A stretch of DNA of 64,000 nt from Candidatus Aminicenantes bacterium (lineage in GTDB: Bacteria; Acidobacteriota; Aminicenantia; Aminicenantales; UBA4085): contig CAWANZ010000007.1 in NCBI GenBank assembly GCA_963783665.1, forward strand, positions 28,793 to 92,792, read 5' to 3'. The notes under the pieces are model-generated. The model was given only the letters and a program-made list of their open reading frames with translations, made no database searches and was not told where the DNA came from. Numbering within the stretch: position 1 is the stretch's first letter; each line of letters starts with the position of its first letter. Below, piece by piece: positions 1 to 11,993 of this stretch. The translations under genes and the position numbers were made by a program.

Positions 1-1704
1 ACCCATGTCGCTCCGAATCTGGCCTGGGACTCAGACTGGTCGCAGGCCGAGGCCGGGATCGCCGCTTTCAAGGCGGCCGTCGACGGGCATATCGCAGCCG
101 CCAAGGCCCGGGGCGTCAAGCTCCATCTTGTCGTCTGCTCCGGCCTGGCCCGAAACCTCGGGATTTATGCCGCGGCCAAGACCGAGGACATCCGCAACGC
201 CCAGTGGTTTAACGACAGGAACCTCGGCACGGCCGCCCAGGTCGCCGCTCCATCGGCGATGACCGACCACATCTTCGGGACGTTGTCCCGCTACGCCCGG
301 AAATTGCGGGCCAATCTCGAAGCCAAATCCCAGGCGGCGTTCGCCTTCCTGAAACAGCGGATGAACGAGAACCCGGACACCTTGATCGCCGTCAGCGGCT
401 GGGGCGAGGCGGAGCTGAGCTGGAAGCGGATCGACAACCTCGCTTCGGTCCAGGACTGGTTCTGCGATTATTCGCCGTTTGCCGTCCTGGAGTTCCGCGA
501 TTGGATCACCCATGAAGGCCTGTATGACGACGAACGGCAACTATGGCGGCTGGGGCTGGGAGTGGCGGCGGAGCGAAATACCGCGGCGCGGCCGGCCTCA
601 CTCAATTCAACGCCGATTTCGGGACGGCGTTTACGACCTGGCAGCTCGAATATTTCGATTGGAGCTTGAGCGATCATTGGCCGGCCGATCCCAACAAGGA
701 TCCCGTTTTCCGCGTACTTCCACGACGGGATGAGGCCGGCGGATCGGACGATCGCCGGGGGTTTCGATCCGCCGCGCGTCATGCAGCCCGGAGAAATCAT
801 TTTGGGATCTGTGGAACCTCTTCCGCGAGGCGATGGTCAACAATTTCGTCCGCGACGCGGCCCGCTGGGCTTCCGAAGCGGGGATCCCGCCGCAGAAATG
901 GTTCTCCCATCAGATCCCGGCCGATTACCTGTTCGGGACGAACGCCGGCTTCCCGCCGCTGAACGCCCGCTATTACACCTCGGCCTCGCCGCTCTGGACG
1001 GCCGACATCGGCTCGTGGGGCTCGGTCGGGGCGACCGTCTACGACATCAAATTCCCCGACCGCTTCGCCCGGACGACGGAGTATGTGCTGCCGGATCTGG
1101 CCTCAATGGCCGAGATCTGGGCGGTCATGGAATACGACCCGGAGACCTACCCGGCCGGAATGAACGTCCCCGAAAGCTCCGTCGAGTTACTCCTCGAGGA
1201 ATACCTCAAGGTTTACCGCTACGGTCCGGCCCTCATCAATTTCTGGCGGTGGTGGGACGCGACAGGGGAGCACCGGATCAAGGGCCTGAACAAGGAAGCG
1301 GCCCTGCGTCAATTCGTCGGCCTGATCCGCGACCGGGCGAAGTCGCCGGATTTAACCGTCGTCTACGATCCGCCCCGGGTGACCGGGGCAAACGCCGTCT
1401 TCCAGGACGGCGGGACGAAAGCCGGAATCGTGATCCCGTCCAGAATCTGGGCCGACGCTTCTTATGTCTGGACGGATTGGGGCGACTTCGATCATTTTGA
1501 AGTCTTCCGGTACGTCGCCGCCGGCCAGCCGGAAGCGCAGGGGGAGCTCTTGGTCCAAACCACGGATTACCGGATCGACGGTCTGGAAGCCGGCATCCCC
1601 ATCCGGCGATGCGGCCGAGGACGATCCCTTATTATTTCCGCGTCCGGGCGGTAAATTCCAAGGGCGTGGCCGGGCCGCTGAGCGTCCCGTTCAAAGCCCA
1701 ATAA
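1..1704 (+). CDS. Secreted glycoside-hydrolase-like protein with C-terminal FN3 domain. Its 5-prime end is cut by the window edge and it is broken by at least 4 frame shifts. Paralogue of 1837..5231.
   Basis: Frame 1 from nt 1 reads THVAPNLAWDSDWS...FCDYSPFAVLEFRDWITHEGLYDD, colinear with the 1837..3432 ORF. Homology continues through ORFs 543..962, 730..1500 and 833..1654. It ends in frame 1 with PYYFRVRAVNSKGVAGPLSVPFKAQ-TAA (stop 1702..1704), an FN3-type terminal pattern. The GH-like call is tentative and rests on a DYSP..A...FR.W pattern reminiscent of GH42-type TIM barrels. Confidence 0.6.
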
Positions 1705-1836
1705 AAACCGCTCTCACCCCTGTTGGCCGGTAAATTCATCGCCGGCGATTATTTACTTCCTTGGAAATAACTTTATACTCAGTTAGATGCCGGAATCCGA
1801 GGTTCCGAGCAGATCGTCCAGAGAGGGTCGAAAAAG

Positions 1837-4800
1837 ATGTTGAAACATGATGCCCTAAAACGCGCGTCGGAATTGATCGCGGCCGGCCTGATCATCGTCT
1901 TGGCGGTTGTCATTGCCCCGGCCTTTGGCCAGACCGAGCTTCCCAAGCCGACCTACGCCAATTCGCTCGTCATCAGTATCGAGCACCGCCCGACCGACGG
2001 GACGGAGGTTGATTATATCAAAGCCAATTTCCCCTTCGGCCTTTACGCCTGGCCGTCGCTGAGCGTCACCCATGTCGCTCCCTCCCTGGCCTGGGTTTCC
2101 GATTGGTCCGATGCGGACGCGGGGATTTCGGCCTTCAAGACAACGGTCAACAGCTATATCGCCGCGGCCAAAGCCAAGGGCGTCAAATTTCACCTGGTCG
2201 TCTGTTCCGGCCTTGCCCGGAGCCTCGGAGTTTATACCGCGGCTAAAACCGAGGATGTCCGGAACACCCAATGGTTCAACGACAACAACATGGGCACGCC
2301 CGGCCAGGTCGTCTCGTCCGAAGCGATGAGCAAATATATTTTCGGGACGTTTTCCCGCTATGCCCGGAAAATGCGGGCCAACCTCGAAGCCAAATCCCGG
2401 GCGACGTTCGAATACCTCAAGGAAAAGATGGACGAGAATCCGGAGACGTTTGTCGCCGTCAGCGGCTGGGGCGAAGCAGAGATGAGCTTCCGGCGGATGG
2501 ATGAATCGACCGGTCCCCAGGCCTGGTTTTGCGATTATTCGCCGTTTGCCGTCTTGGAATTCCGGGACTGGATCACCCACCAGGGCCTGTACGATGACGC
2601 GACGGGAATTTACGCCGGCCAGGGATGGTCGGGCGGCGGAGCCAAATACCAGGGAGCGGCCGGATTGGCCCAATTCAACGCCGATTTCGGCCAAGCTTTT
2701 ACGACCTGGGACCTTCGCTACTTCAACTGGACGCTGGCCGACGATTGGGATTCGGTTCCCGCGGACGGAATCAACAACGACCCGGGCCGAATCGCCCTGG
2801 CCGATTACGTTCAGGGCGGAATGATGCCGTCGTCGGGGACGCATTATATTGCCGGCGGCTTCGACCCTCCCCGGACGATGACCCTCGGCAACGCGTTCTA
2901 TGACCTGTGGCACCTCTTTCGGGAGACCTTGGTTCACCACCTGGCCCAGGACGCGGCCGGTTGGGCGGTCGATGAGGGCATTCCCTCGGACCGGTGGTAC
3001 TCCCATCAAATCGCGGCCGATTACATGTTCGGAACAAAGCCGGATGATCCGGTCCTCAACCCCAGGTATTACAGCTCGGCCTCGCCGCTCTGGGTGGCGG
3101 GAGTCGCTCCCGTCGCTTCGGTCGGGGCCTCCATTTACGACATCAAGTTCCCGACGATGGTTCGCCCGGACGACGCTTCATGTTTTTCCGGCGATTTCCG
3201 CCATGTCGGCCAACTGGGGGATCCTGGAATTCGACCCGGAAACATACCCGATCGGCCTGGGCGTGGAGCAGAGCTCGTCGGCGGTCATCCTGGCCCAGTA
3301 CCTCCGGGCCTATTCGTATCGACCGCACCTCATCAACTTCTGGCGTTGGACCGATACATCCGGGGAGCACCGGATCAAGGGGATGAACAAGGAAATCGCC
3401 CTGCGCGATTTCATCAGCCAAGTCCGGGATAAAGCCCGTTCGACCAACCTGTCGGTCGTTTATGCGCCCGCCCAAGGTCGTCGAGCTCTCCGGGTCCTAT
3501 GGCGCGTCCGGCGCCCGACTCGAAATCACCGGGAAAATCTGGAGCGGGGAAAAATGGAATTGGACGGACTGGGGTAATTTCCACCATTTCGTAGTCTATC
3601 GGAGCGCGACGGCCGTTTTTACGGCCGACGACGCCCATGCGATCGGGACGACGACGACGTTTGTCTACGACGACGGCACGGCCGCCTTACGGCGGAACCT
3701 ATTATTACAAGTGGCGGGCGGTCAACTCCGCCAACGTCAAGGGCCCGGCTTCCGACGCCGTGATGGTCTCGGCCGTTGCCCCCGACATGCCCGTCCTGTC
3801 GCTGAGCCGGACGTCGCTTTCTTCGGCTTCTCCCAGGGCGGGACGCCCACGCCGGCCCAGTCCGTTCTCGTTTCGAACGTTGGGGCCGCGGGAACGACGC
3901 TCGCCTGGACGGCCGTCTCCAACCAGCCTTGGCTCCAGGTCCAGCCCGGATCCGGGACAGGCAACGGCGTTCTTCAGATCAGCGTCCTTGGGGCGGGCCT
4001 TGCGCCCGGGACGTATTCGGGGACGATCACGGTCAACGATCCCTTGGCCGCCGACGCGCCGCAAACGGTCAGCGTCCGGTTTGACGTTTTCGCCCAGGGA
4101 GAGGATGAAGCGCCGTTCGGGTCGTTCGACACGCCTCTTCACGAGTCCAATGTTTCCTCCAGCATCCCCGTGTCAGGCTGGGCTCTGGACGATATCGGTC
4201 TCGCTTCGGTCTCGATCAAGCGGTATCCCGTCGATTCCGATCCGGCTGGGTCGGCTGGTTCCGACGGACTGGTCTTTCTCGGGGCGGCGACGTTCGTCCG
4301 CGGGGCCCGGCCCGACGTGGAAGGGGCCTATCCGGATTACCCGCAGGCCGATAAAGCCGGCTGGGGGTACATGCTGTTGACGAATTTCCTCCCCAACCAA
4401 GGCAACGGGACGTTCACCCTCGTGGCCGTGGCCGAGGACACGACCGGTCATGCGGTCCGGCTCGGGGAGAAAACGATTTACGTGGATAATGCCAACGCGG
4501 TCCTGCCTTTCGGGGCGATCGATACGCCGACCCAGGGCGGGACGGCTTCGGGCGCCCTCTTCTACAATTTCGGCTGGGCCCTCACTCCGCCGCCGGCTTC
4601 GATCCCCATCGACGGTTCGACCATCTGGGTTTTTGTGGACGGCGTTCCCCTGGGGCACCCGTCCTATAACCACTATCGCGCGGACATCGCCACGCTGTTC
4701 CCGGGATACGCCAATTCGCTCGGGGCCGTCGGCGTTTATAATCTCGATACCACGACCCTTTCGAACGCGACCCACACGATCGTCTGGAGCGTGACGGATT

Positions 4801-5231
4801 CCGCCGGCCGGGCGGACGGCATCGGCTCGCGCTACTTCGACGTGGTCAACGTCGGCGGATCCGCGGCCGCTTCAGGCGCGCCGGCGGAAGCACGGCTTCC
4901 CGAAATTCCCAGCGGCCGGCTCGGGCTCGAAGCGCGGGGCGGCCGGACGGTCTTCGAGATCGAGGAGCTGGGACGGATCAAAATCGAATTCGCCGTCCCT
5001 CCGGGGACGCGGATTGTCGGCTGGGGAGAGCTCCCGGACAAGCCGCTGCCCGTCGGCTCGACGCTGGACGGGGAGGGGCGCTTCTGGTGGATGCCGGGGC
5101 CTGGGTTCCTCGGCCGGCACATCCTGCATTTCGCCGCAACCGACGGCGCCGGGCGAGGCCCGATTGTGGACGTCGTGGTCGACATTGTGCCTAAACGCGG
5201 CCGGAATGAAGGATCGGGGTCCGAGGGCTAA
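1837..5231 (+). CDS. Secreted GH-like protein + FN3 + BACON-like domain + shared C-terminal double-Ig/He_PIG-like module. Frame-shift interrupted.
   Basis: ATG 1837 is followed by a TM/signal segment (AAGLIIVLAVVIAPAFGQ). The gene is spread over ORFs 1837..3432, 2900..3577 and 3462..5231, with junctions near 3170 and 3470. The FN3 motif YYYKWRAVNSANVKGPAS lies in a fourth frame (ORF 3637..4380), so a compensated shift pair sits at about 3690 and 3820. The C-terminal module is LAWTAVSNQPWLQVQPGSGTGNG...PGTYSGTITV, then APFGSFDTP...VSGWALDDIG, LPFGAIDTPTQGG, and PGPGFLGRH. Confidence 0.65.
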
Positions 5232-5339
5232 TCCCCCCTGGACGGGCGAATATCCCCCTCATTATTCCCCCCTGCGGGGGATGTTGTCATTTCTTTTTAA
5301 CGCTGTATATTATCGGCGAAGTTTTTTGCGAGGAGTCTC

Positions 5340-8300
5340 ATGAGTTTTTCCCGCATTGGCCGCCCGATTTTCTCCCTGTTCTCAAGCGCCCTCTTTTTCG
5401 TCATATCGTCGGCGGCTTTTGGCCAGATCACGGTCACGGCCCCGGCGGCCAAAGTCGTTGTCCGGGCCGCGCCCGATTACGCGACCGAGGTCCTGGCCGA
5501 CCGCTGGGACATGAATCAGCGGACCGACCTGGGTTGGCGGATCTTCAACACCGTCGAGCTTCCCGCTTCCAACCTGGCCGACATATCTTTTACGGGGGGC
5601 GTCTTCTCGGCCCGGTCCACGCCGGTCTATGACCCGAACTTTCCGGAGATATATTCCGACCCGAACATCGCCATCCTCGATTCCGATTATCCGAGCTCGG
5701 CCGGAATCGGCAAGTTCGGCTCGAATTATAAAATCAATGCCGACAAGTACCGCGTCTTCGCCATCCGGATGTATCTCGAGGGCCCTTACGATCCCAACCT
5801 GAGATTCGGACAGCTGAAGTGGTCGGAAAACACGATTTACGGAGGGGTGTCTCACGCCAACGCGTTTGTCGTCTCTCCGGGATGGCGGATCTACCTGGTC
5901 GACATCCCGACGCTCGGCCTCCTGAACGGAACCGCCTGGGCCGGGCTCAAGGATTCGCTCTTCTTCGATCCCATGTCCCAGAGAGACCGGGAGATCAAGA
6001 TCGACTGGATCCGGCTTGTCGAGAACGGAACGACGTACCGAAAGACGATCACCTGGACGGGCTCGGGCAACGTGGACATCTACCTCGACAACGACAGGGA
6101 TTCAAGCAACGGGAACCTCGGCATCCTGGCCTTGAATGTCTCCGGAAGCGTCCTACGAATTCATCGCCGGGGGGCTGGCGGCCGGGAATTATTATGTCGC
6201 CATCGCCCCGACCGGGTCGACGACGTATGCCTATTCGGCCGGCTATTACGCGGTCGACGAACAGCCGATCTTCCGGATCGACACGCCCTCGGCCGAAGGA
6301 AGCAACCAGGACTTCATGACCATCGTCGCCGGCAATCCCTGGGATTTTAACGCGCTCTCGGATGTCGACCACACGGTCAACTTGACGACCAAATCCATCC
6401 AGACGATCAACTACGAGGACTTGGCCGGGAACATCTTCAACGGCAACCAGGTCTTTTACGGCGAAGCGGCGATTCCCTCCGGCCTGATCGGCGACCCGAC
6501 GGTCTTTTTCCTGAATTACTTTTTCCGCGGGGCGACCTACAAGATCGACACGTCCCGGTATCATAACCTGGTCGCCAAAATGGGGATCGCCGGCGTCCAC
6601 AGCACCAACGACGGCTCCGTCGCCCGGGTCATGTACATGCGGACCGACGAGCATGCGATCGGGGAGAACGTCACCCAGGACATCATCATCCGCCATACCC
6701 CGCTGCCCGACGGCCGTTGGGTCATGAACAAGATCGTGGCCGACCTGCGGACCGTGCCCCTCGAGGACGGCGGAGGCAGCCCCTCCCACAGCGGCTGGAC
6801 CGGGACCGTCGACACATTCCGGATCGATCCGCATGAATTTCCCGACGGGCGGGCGTTCTTCTATGACGACGTCAAGATCACCGCCGACTGGCGGGTCGAC
6901 TCGTCGTTCGTCGATCGACTGGACGATGGAGGACGGGGACACGCCGACCGGGCGCGACGGTGTCTTTCTACTATGACACCGACCGGAGCGGGTATAACGG
7001 GACGCTCATCCAATCGGGGATCTCCGCCCCTGCCGGGAGCGGGAGCACCGTCTGGAACACGCCGAGCGTCCCGGGCGGGACGTACTATCTTTACGCCGTC
7101 GTCACCGACGGCTATAACACGAATCGGTTCTACGCCACCGGCCCGGTGATCGTCAACCACTCCGGCATCCCGACGCTCGCGCTTTCGAGACAGGCCTTCG
7201 TCTTCGGCGCGATCCAGAACGGGACCGCCACCCCGGCCGAAAAGACGACCCTGACCAACACGGGCACGGGGACGTTGAACTGGACGGCGACGCGCTCGGC
7301 CGACTGGATCTCGGTTTCCCCGACGAGCGGGACGGGAAACGGCATCATCAATATCGGAATCGCCCGGACGGACTTGAGCCCGGGGACCTATTCCGGAACG
7401 GTGACGGTCTCCGACCCGAACGCCTCCAACACTCCCCAGGTCATCACCGTGGCCTATACGATCTATGGCGACGGCGCGGATAGCCCGCCGTTCGGGGCGT
7501 TCGAGACCCCGGTCGACGGGGCGATGGTCGCCTCTTCAATCGCGGTGACGGGCTGGGTTCTGGACGATATCGGGATGCAATCGGTCAAAATCTACCGGGG
7601 GACGGGACTTTCCGACCGGATTTATATCGGGGACGCGGTCTTTGTGGAAGGGGCGCGTCCGGACGTGGCTTCCGCCTATCCCAACTATCCCCAAAACTGC
7701 AAGGCGGGCTGGGGATATATGCTGCTGACCAACTTCCTGCCTAACGGAGGAAACGGAGGCTTCAGTCTCCTGGCCTATGCCGTCGACCTGACCGGTCATG
7801 AAGTCCTTCTCGGGACCATGGCCATTACCTGCGACAACGCCGCCGCGGTGTTGCCGTTCGGGGCGATCGACACGCCCACCCAGGGCGGGACGGCCGCGGG
7901 GACGGGCTTTTTCAATTTCGGCTGGGCCTTGACCCCGATGCCCGCCTCGATTCCGACCAACGGATCGACGATCACAGTCTGGGTGGACGGGGCGCCCCTG
8001 GGGCATCCGTCGTATAACAATTACCGGGGGGACATCGCCACGCTGTTCCCCGGATACGCCAATTCCAACGGGGCGATCGGCGTCTACAGCCTTAACACAA
8101 CGACATACGCGGAAGGTTGCCATACCATCGTCTGGTCGGTGACGGATTCGGCCGGTCATTCCGACGGGATCGGGAGCCGGTACTTCATGATCCAGAATCT
8201 GGCCGCTCCGGGTGCAGCGGCGGCTTCAACGCAGCCGATGCGGCCGGCCGAGGAAACCTTAGGGATGCGGGAAGACGCCCGGATGCCGGTCTTCGCCAAG

Positions 8301-8672
8301 AAGGGGATGGACGTGAACAGGCGGGTGGAAATGGTCCTCCCGGAGGCCGACGGAGCGATCCGGATCACGATTCCCGAAGTCACCCGGGTGGCCGTTTATC
8401 TGAGCGAAGCCGAGGCGGGCGAAGACGAGGAGCGGATGACCGTCCGCGGGACGCGGATGTTGAGCAAGGTCGCCCGCGACGATGCGCGCTACGAGGCCTA
8501 TGAGATTGTCCTCGGCGAACTCAAGCCGCTTCCGATCGGCGCGTCCTTTGACCCCGTCGACGGCGTGCTTTACTGGCAGCCCGGTCCGGGATTTTTAGGA
8601 GAGTATACGTTCGTCATCGTTGATACGGAAACAAGGACGAAGCGGACGATCAAGGTGACGATTACGCCCTGA
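5340..8672 (+). CDS. Large secreted protein of unknown N-terminal family carrying the shared BACON-like/double-Ig/He_PIG-like C-terminal module. Two frame shifts.
   Basis: Signal peptide MSFSRIGRPIFSLFSSALFFVISSAAFGQ. ORFs 5340..6350, 6136..7149 and 6960..8672 join colinearly, with shifts near 6140 and 6940. Two internal ITW..G..V.IYLD.D/YYDTD...G.YY.YA repeats are present. The C-terminal 504 aa are homologous to the ends of 1837..5231, 8684..11800 and 19933..27552. Confidence 0.65.
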
Positions 8673-8683
8673 AAGCGAGGGCC

Positions 8684-11600
8684 GTGTTGAAATCGATAGT
8701 CCGGGCCGGTCGACGAATTTTCGTCTCAATCGGCCTGATGCTGATTCTCGCCGGCGCCGCTCAGGCGGCCTATTTAATCAACGTCCCCCAGGAGCTCCGC
8801 CAGCCCAACGGCGATCTTCTCAAATGCCTGGCCAGCGGAGACGAATTTTACAACTGGCTTCACGACGCGGCCGGATACACGATCGTCCAGAATCCGAAGA
8901 CCGGCTGGTATGTCTATGCCGAACCCGACCCGGACGGTGACCTCAGAGCCTCGGCCCACGTCGCCGGCCGGTCGGATCCGAGAAGGCCGGTCTGGCGAAG
9001 GGGCTGCGGCTCGCCCCGCAAAAGATCCGCGAACTTCGCAACGGCATCCTTCGGCTCCCGGCCGGAGAGGTTGCAGCCCCAGGCCCCCCGGTCCGGCGCC
9101 TTCAACAACCTGGCCGTTTTTATCCGCTTCTCCGGTGAAAACGAATTCACCGATGCGCCTTCGGTTTTTACCAATATGCTGAACGCCTCGGGCCCGTCGG
9201 ACAATTCGATGTACGGCTATTTCCGGGAGGCCTCGTATTCGACCCTGTCCATTTCGACATCCATCTATCCCACGCCGTCAACGACGGTCATCTCCTTATC
9301 AGGACGTCCAACCGCGCGGATACTACCAACCGTACAATGAAGCGACGAATACGATCGGCTACCAGGGAGGGAACAACGGAACCGAGCGAAGGGATCGGGA
9401 GCACATCCTGATCAAGAACGCCGTCGCCGCCATCGCCTCCCAGGTTCCGGCGGGTCTCGTGATCGACGGCGACGGGGACGGAAGAGTGGACAATCTCACG
9501 TTTGTCGTTTACGGCTCGCCGACGGGCTGGAGTTCCCTCCTCTGGCCTCATCAATGGTCTTTGTATTCCCAAACGGCCTATATCAACGGCAAGCGTGTTT
9601 ATACGTACAGCCTCCATCTCCAAAGCATGTTCAATGTGGGCGTCCTCTGCCATGAGATGTTCCACTGCCTCGGCTCGCCGGACTTGTATCACTATACGAG
9701 CAACGGCATCCAGCCGGTCGGCGGCTGGGACGTCATGGAAAACAACCGCAATCCGCCCCAGCACATGGGCGCCTATATGAAATGGCGGTATGGGACCTGG
9801 ATCGCCTCCATCCCGGAGATCACGACCTCGGGGACCTATACGCTTAATCCCCTGACGTCGTCCTCGGGAAATTGCTACAAGATCCGGTCGCCCAATTCCG
9901 CGACGGAATACTTCATCGTGGAATACCGGCGAAGAACGGGAATCTTCGAATCGTCCCTTCCCGGGGAAGGATTGCTGGTCTATCGCATCAACACGGCCGA
10001 AGTCGGGAACGCCGACGGCCCGCCCGACGAGGTCTACCTTTACCGGCCGGACGGAACGCTCTCGGCGAACGGGACCGTCAACAATGCGGCCTTCAGCAGC
10101 GGCGCCGGGCGCACGGCCATCAACGACGCGACGAATCCGTCTTCATTCTTGACGTCCGGGGGAGCCGGCGGCCTCAATATCTCCGCAGTCGGAGCCGTCG
10201 GCTCGACCATTTCTTTCACGGTCACGCTTCCGGCCGATTCGCCGACGATCTCCCTTTCCGATAAAAGCTTCGTTTTCGGCGCGATCCAGAACGGCCCGGC
10301 GACTCCGGGTGGGACGTCGATCCTGAAGAATTCGGGGGAGGGGACGCTCGCCTGGACGGCGACGCGCTCGGCCGATTGGATCTCGGTTTCCCCGACGAGC
10401 GGAACGGGGGATGCCCTGCTTTCGATCGGCATCGCCCGGACGAACCTGAGCCCCGGAAGCTATTCGGGCACGGTCGCGGTCGCCGCTCCGGGCGCGACCA
10501 ACACGCCGCAGACGATCTCCATCACTTACAACGTCTACGCCTCCGGCGGAGACGCCGCTCCGTTCGGGACGTTCGAAACGCCGCTCGAGGGATCGACGGT
10601 TGTTTCGAGCATCCCGGTGACGGGCTGGGCCCTGGACGATATCGGGATGTCCTCGGTGAAGATCTACCGGGGGACGGATTTCTCCGACCGGGTGTATATC
10701 GGGGACGCGGTATTTGTGGAAGGAGCCCGGCAGGACGTGGCCCTCGCGTATTCCGGTTATCCCCAAAATACGCGAGCCGGCTGGGGTTACATGCTCCTGA
10801 CCAACTTCCTTCCCAACGGAGGAAATGGGAGCTTTACCCTTTTAGCCTTTGCCACAGACCTGACCGGACATGAAGTTCTGCTCGGACAGCAAGACGATCA
10901 TCTGCGACAACGTCCACGCGATATTGCCGTTTGGGGCGATCGATACGCCGACGCAGGGAGGAACGGTTTCGGGAACGGGATTCTTCAACTTCGGCTGGGC
11001 CCTGACGCCGCAGCCGAATTCGATTCCGACGAATGGATCGACCATCAATGTCTGGGTGAACGGAGCGGCCCTGGGGCATCCGTCGTATAACAATTACCGT
11101 GGGGATATCGCAACGCTTTTCCCGGGATACGCCAACTCCAACGGTGCGGTGGGTGTATACACGCTCAACACGACCGGATACGCCGACGGCGTCCATACGA
11201 TCGCCTGGTCGGTGACTGATTCCGGCGGCAACACCGATGGGATCGGGAGCCGGTATTTTTCGATCTTGAACTCGGGGGGGGCGAGTCCGGCGGCGTCGTC
11301 GTCGATTGAGGGCTTGGCCGGCGACGGCAAGACCGGCTCCCAAGGACGGTCTTTCCCCAGAATCCGCTCAGTAGAGGAAATCGTCGCCATTCCCGAAGAC
11401 ACCCGAAGCCCGATGTTTATACGACGCGGGATGGCCGGTGACGCACCCGTCGAAATGGTTCTGCCCGAGACAGACGGCTCGCTTCGGATCGCGATTCCCG
11501 AGGTCACCCGGGTGGCGATTTACCTGAACGAAAAGGACGCCGTCGAGACGGAATCAGAGATAATCGCCCGCGGAGCGCGGATGCTGAGCAAGGCCAGCGT

Positions 11601-11800
11601 CGACCGATTCGCGCTACGAAGCCTACGAGCTGGCTCTCGGCGTGCTCAAACCGCTTCCGATCGGGGCATCCTTCGACCCCGTCGACGGCGTGCTTTACTG
11701 GCAGCCTGGCCCGGGATTCTTAGGCGAGTACCAGTTCATCGTGATTGACCGGGAGACGGGAACAAAGCGAAATATTTCGGTGACGATAAAGTCCAGATAA
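8684..11800 (+). CDS. M6-family (immune inhibitor A-like) zinc metalloprotease fused to the shared C-terminal module. Frame-shift interrupted.
   Basis: Signal peptide, then the N-terminal pattern PNGDLLKCLASGDEFYNWLHDAAGYTIV typical of M6-domain proteins. HExxH zinc site VLCHEMFHCLGSPDLYHY lies in ORF 9459..11090. Pieces are 8684..9340, 9459..11090 and 10870..11748, with shifts near 8990, 9300, 10880 and 11594. The true end is YEAYELALGVLKPLPIGASFDPVDGVLYWQPGPGFLGEYQFIVIDRETGTKRNISVTIKSR-TAA, with the stop at 11798..11800. Confidence 0.7.
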
Positions 11801-11993
11801 ATCAGTCTCTCTTTCCAGAATGATTGGTGACAATCGTGGACCTGAACCGTCCGCGCTTTTGAATTCCCGGCCGAGGATGCGTAGCCGAAAGTGGCAGCGT
11901 CCCGGCCAAGAAGATTGCTAATCAAGGGGTTGTTGAATACCATAACGGCAGGAGAGGCCGGAAAGCCGCCGGCCGCCTAGTCGGAGGCAACCT

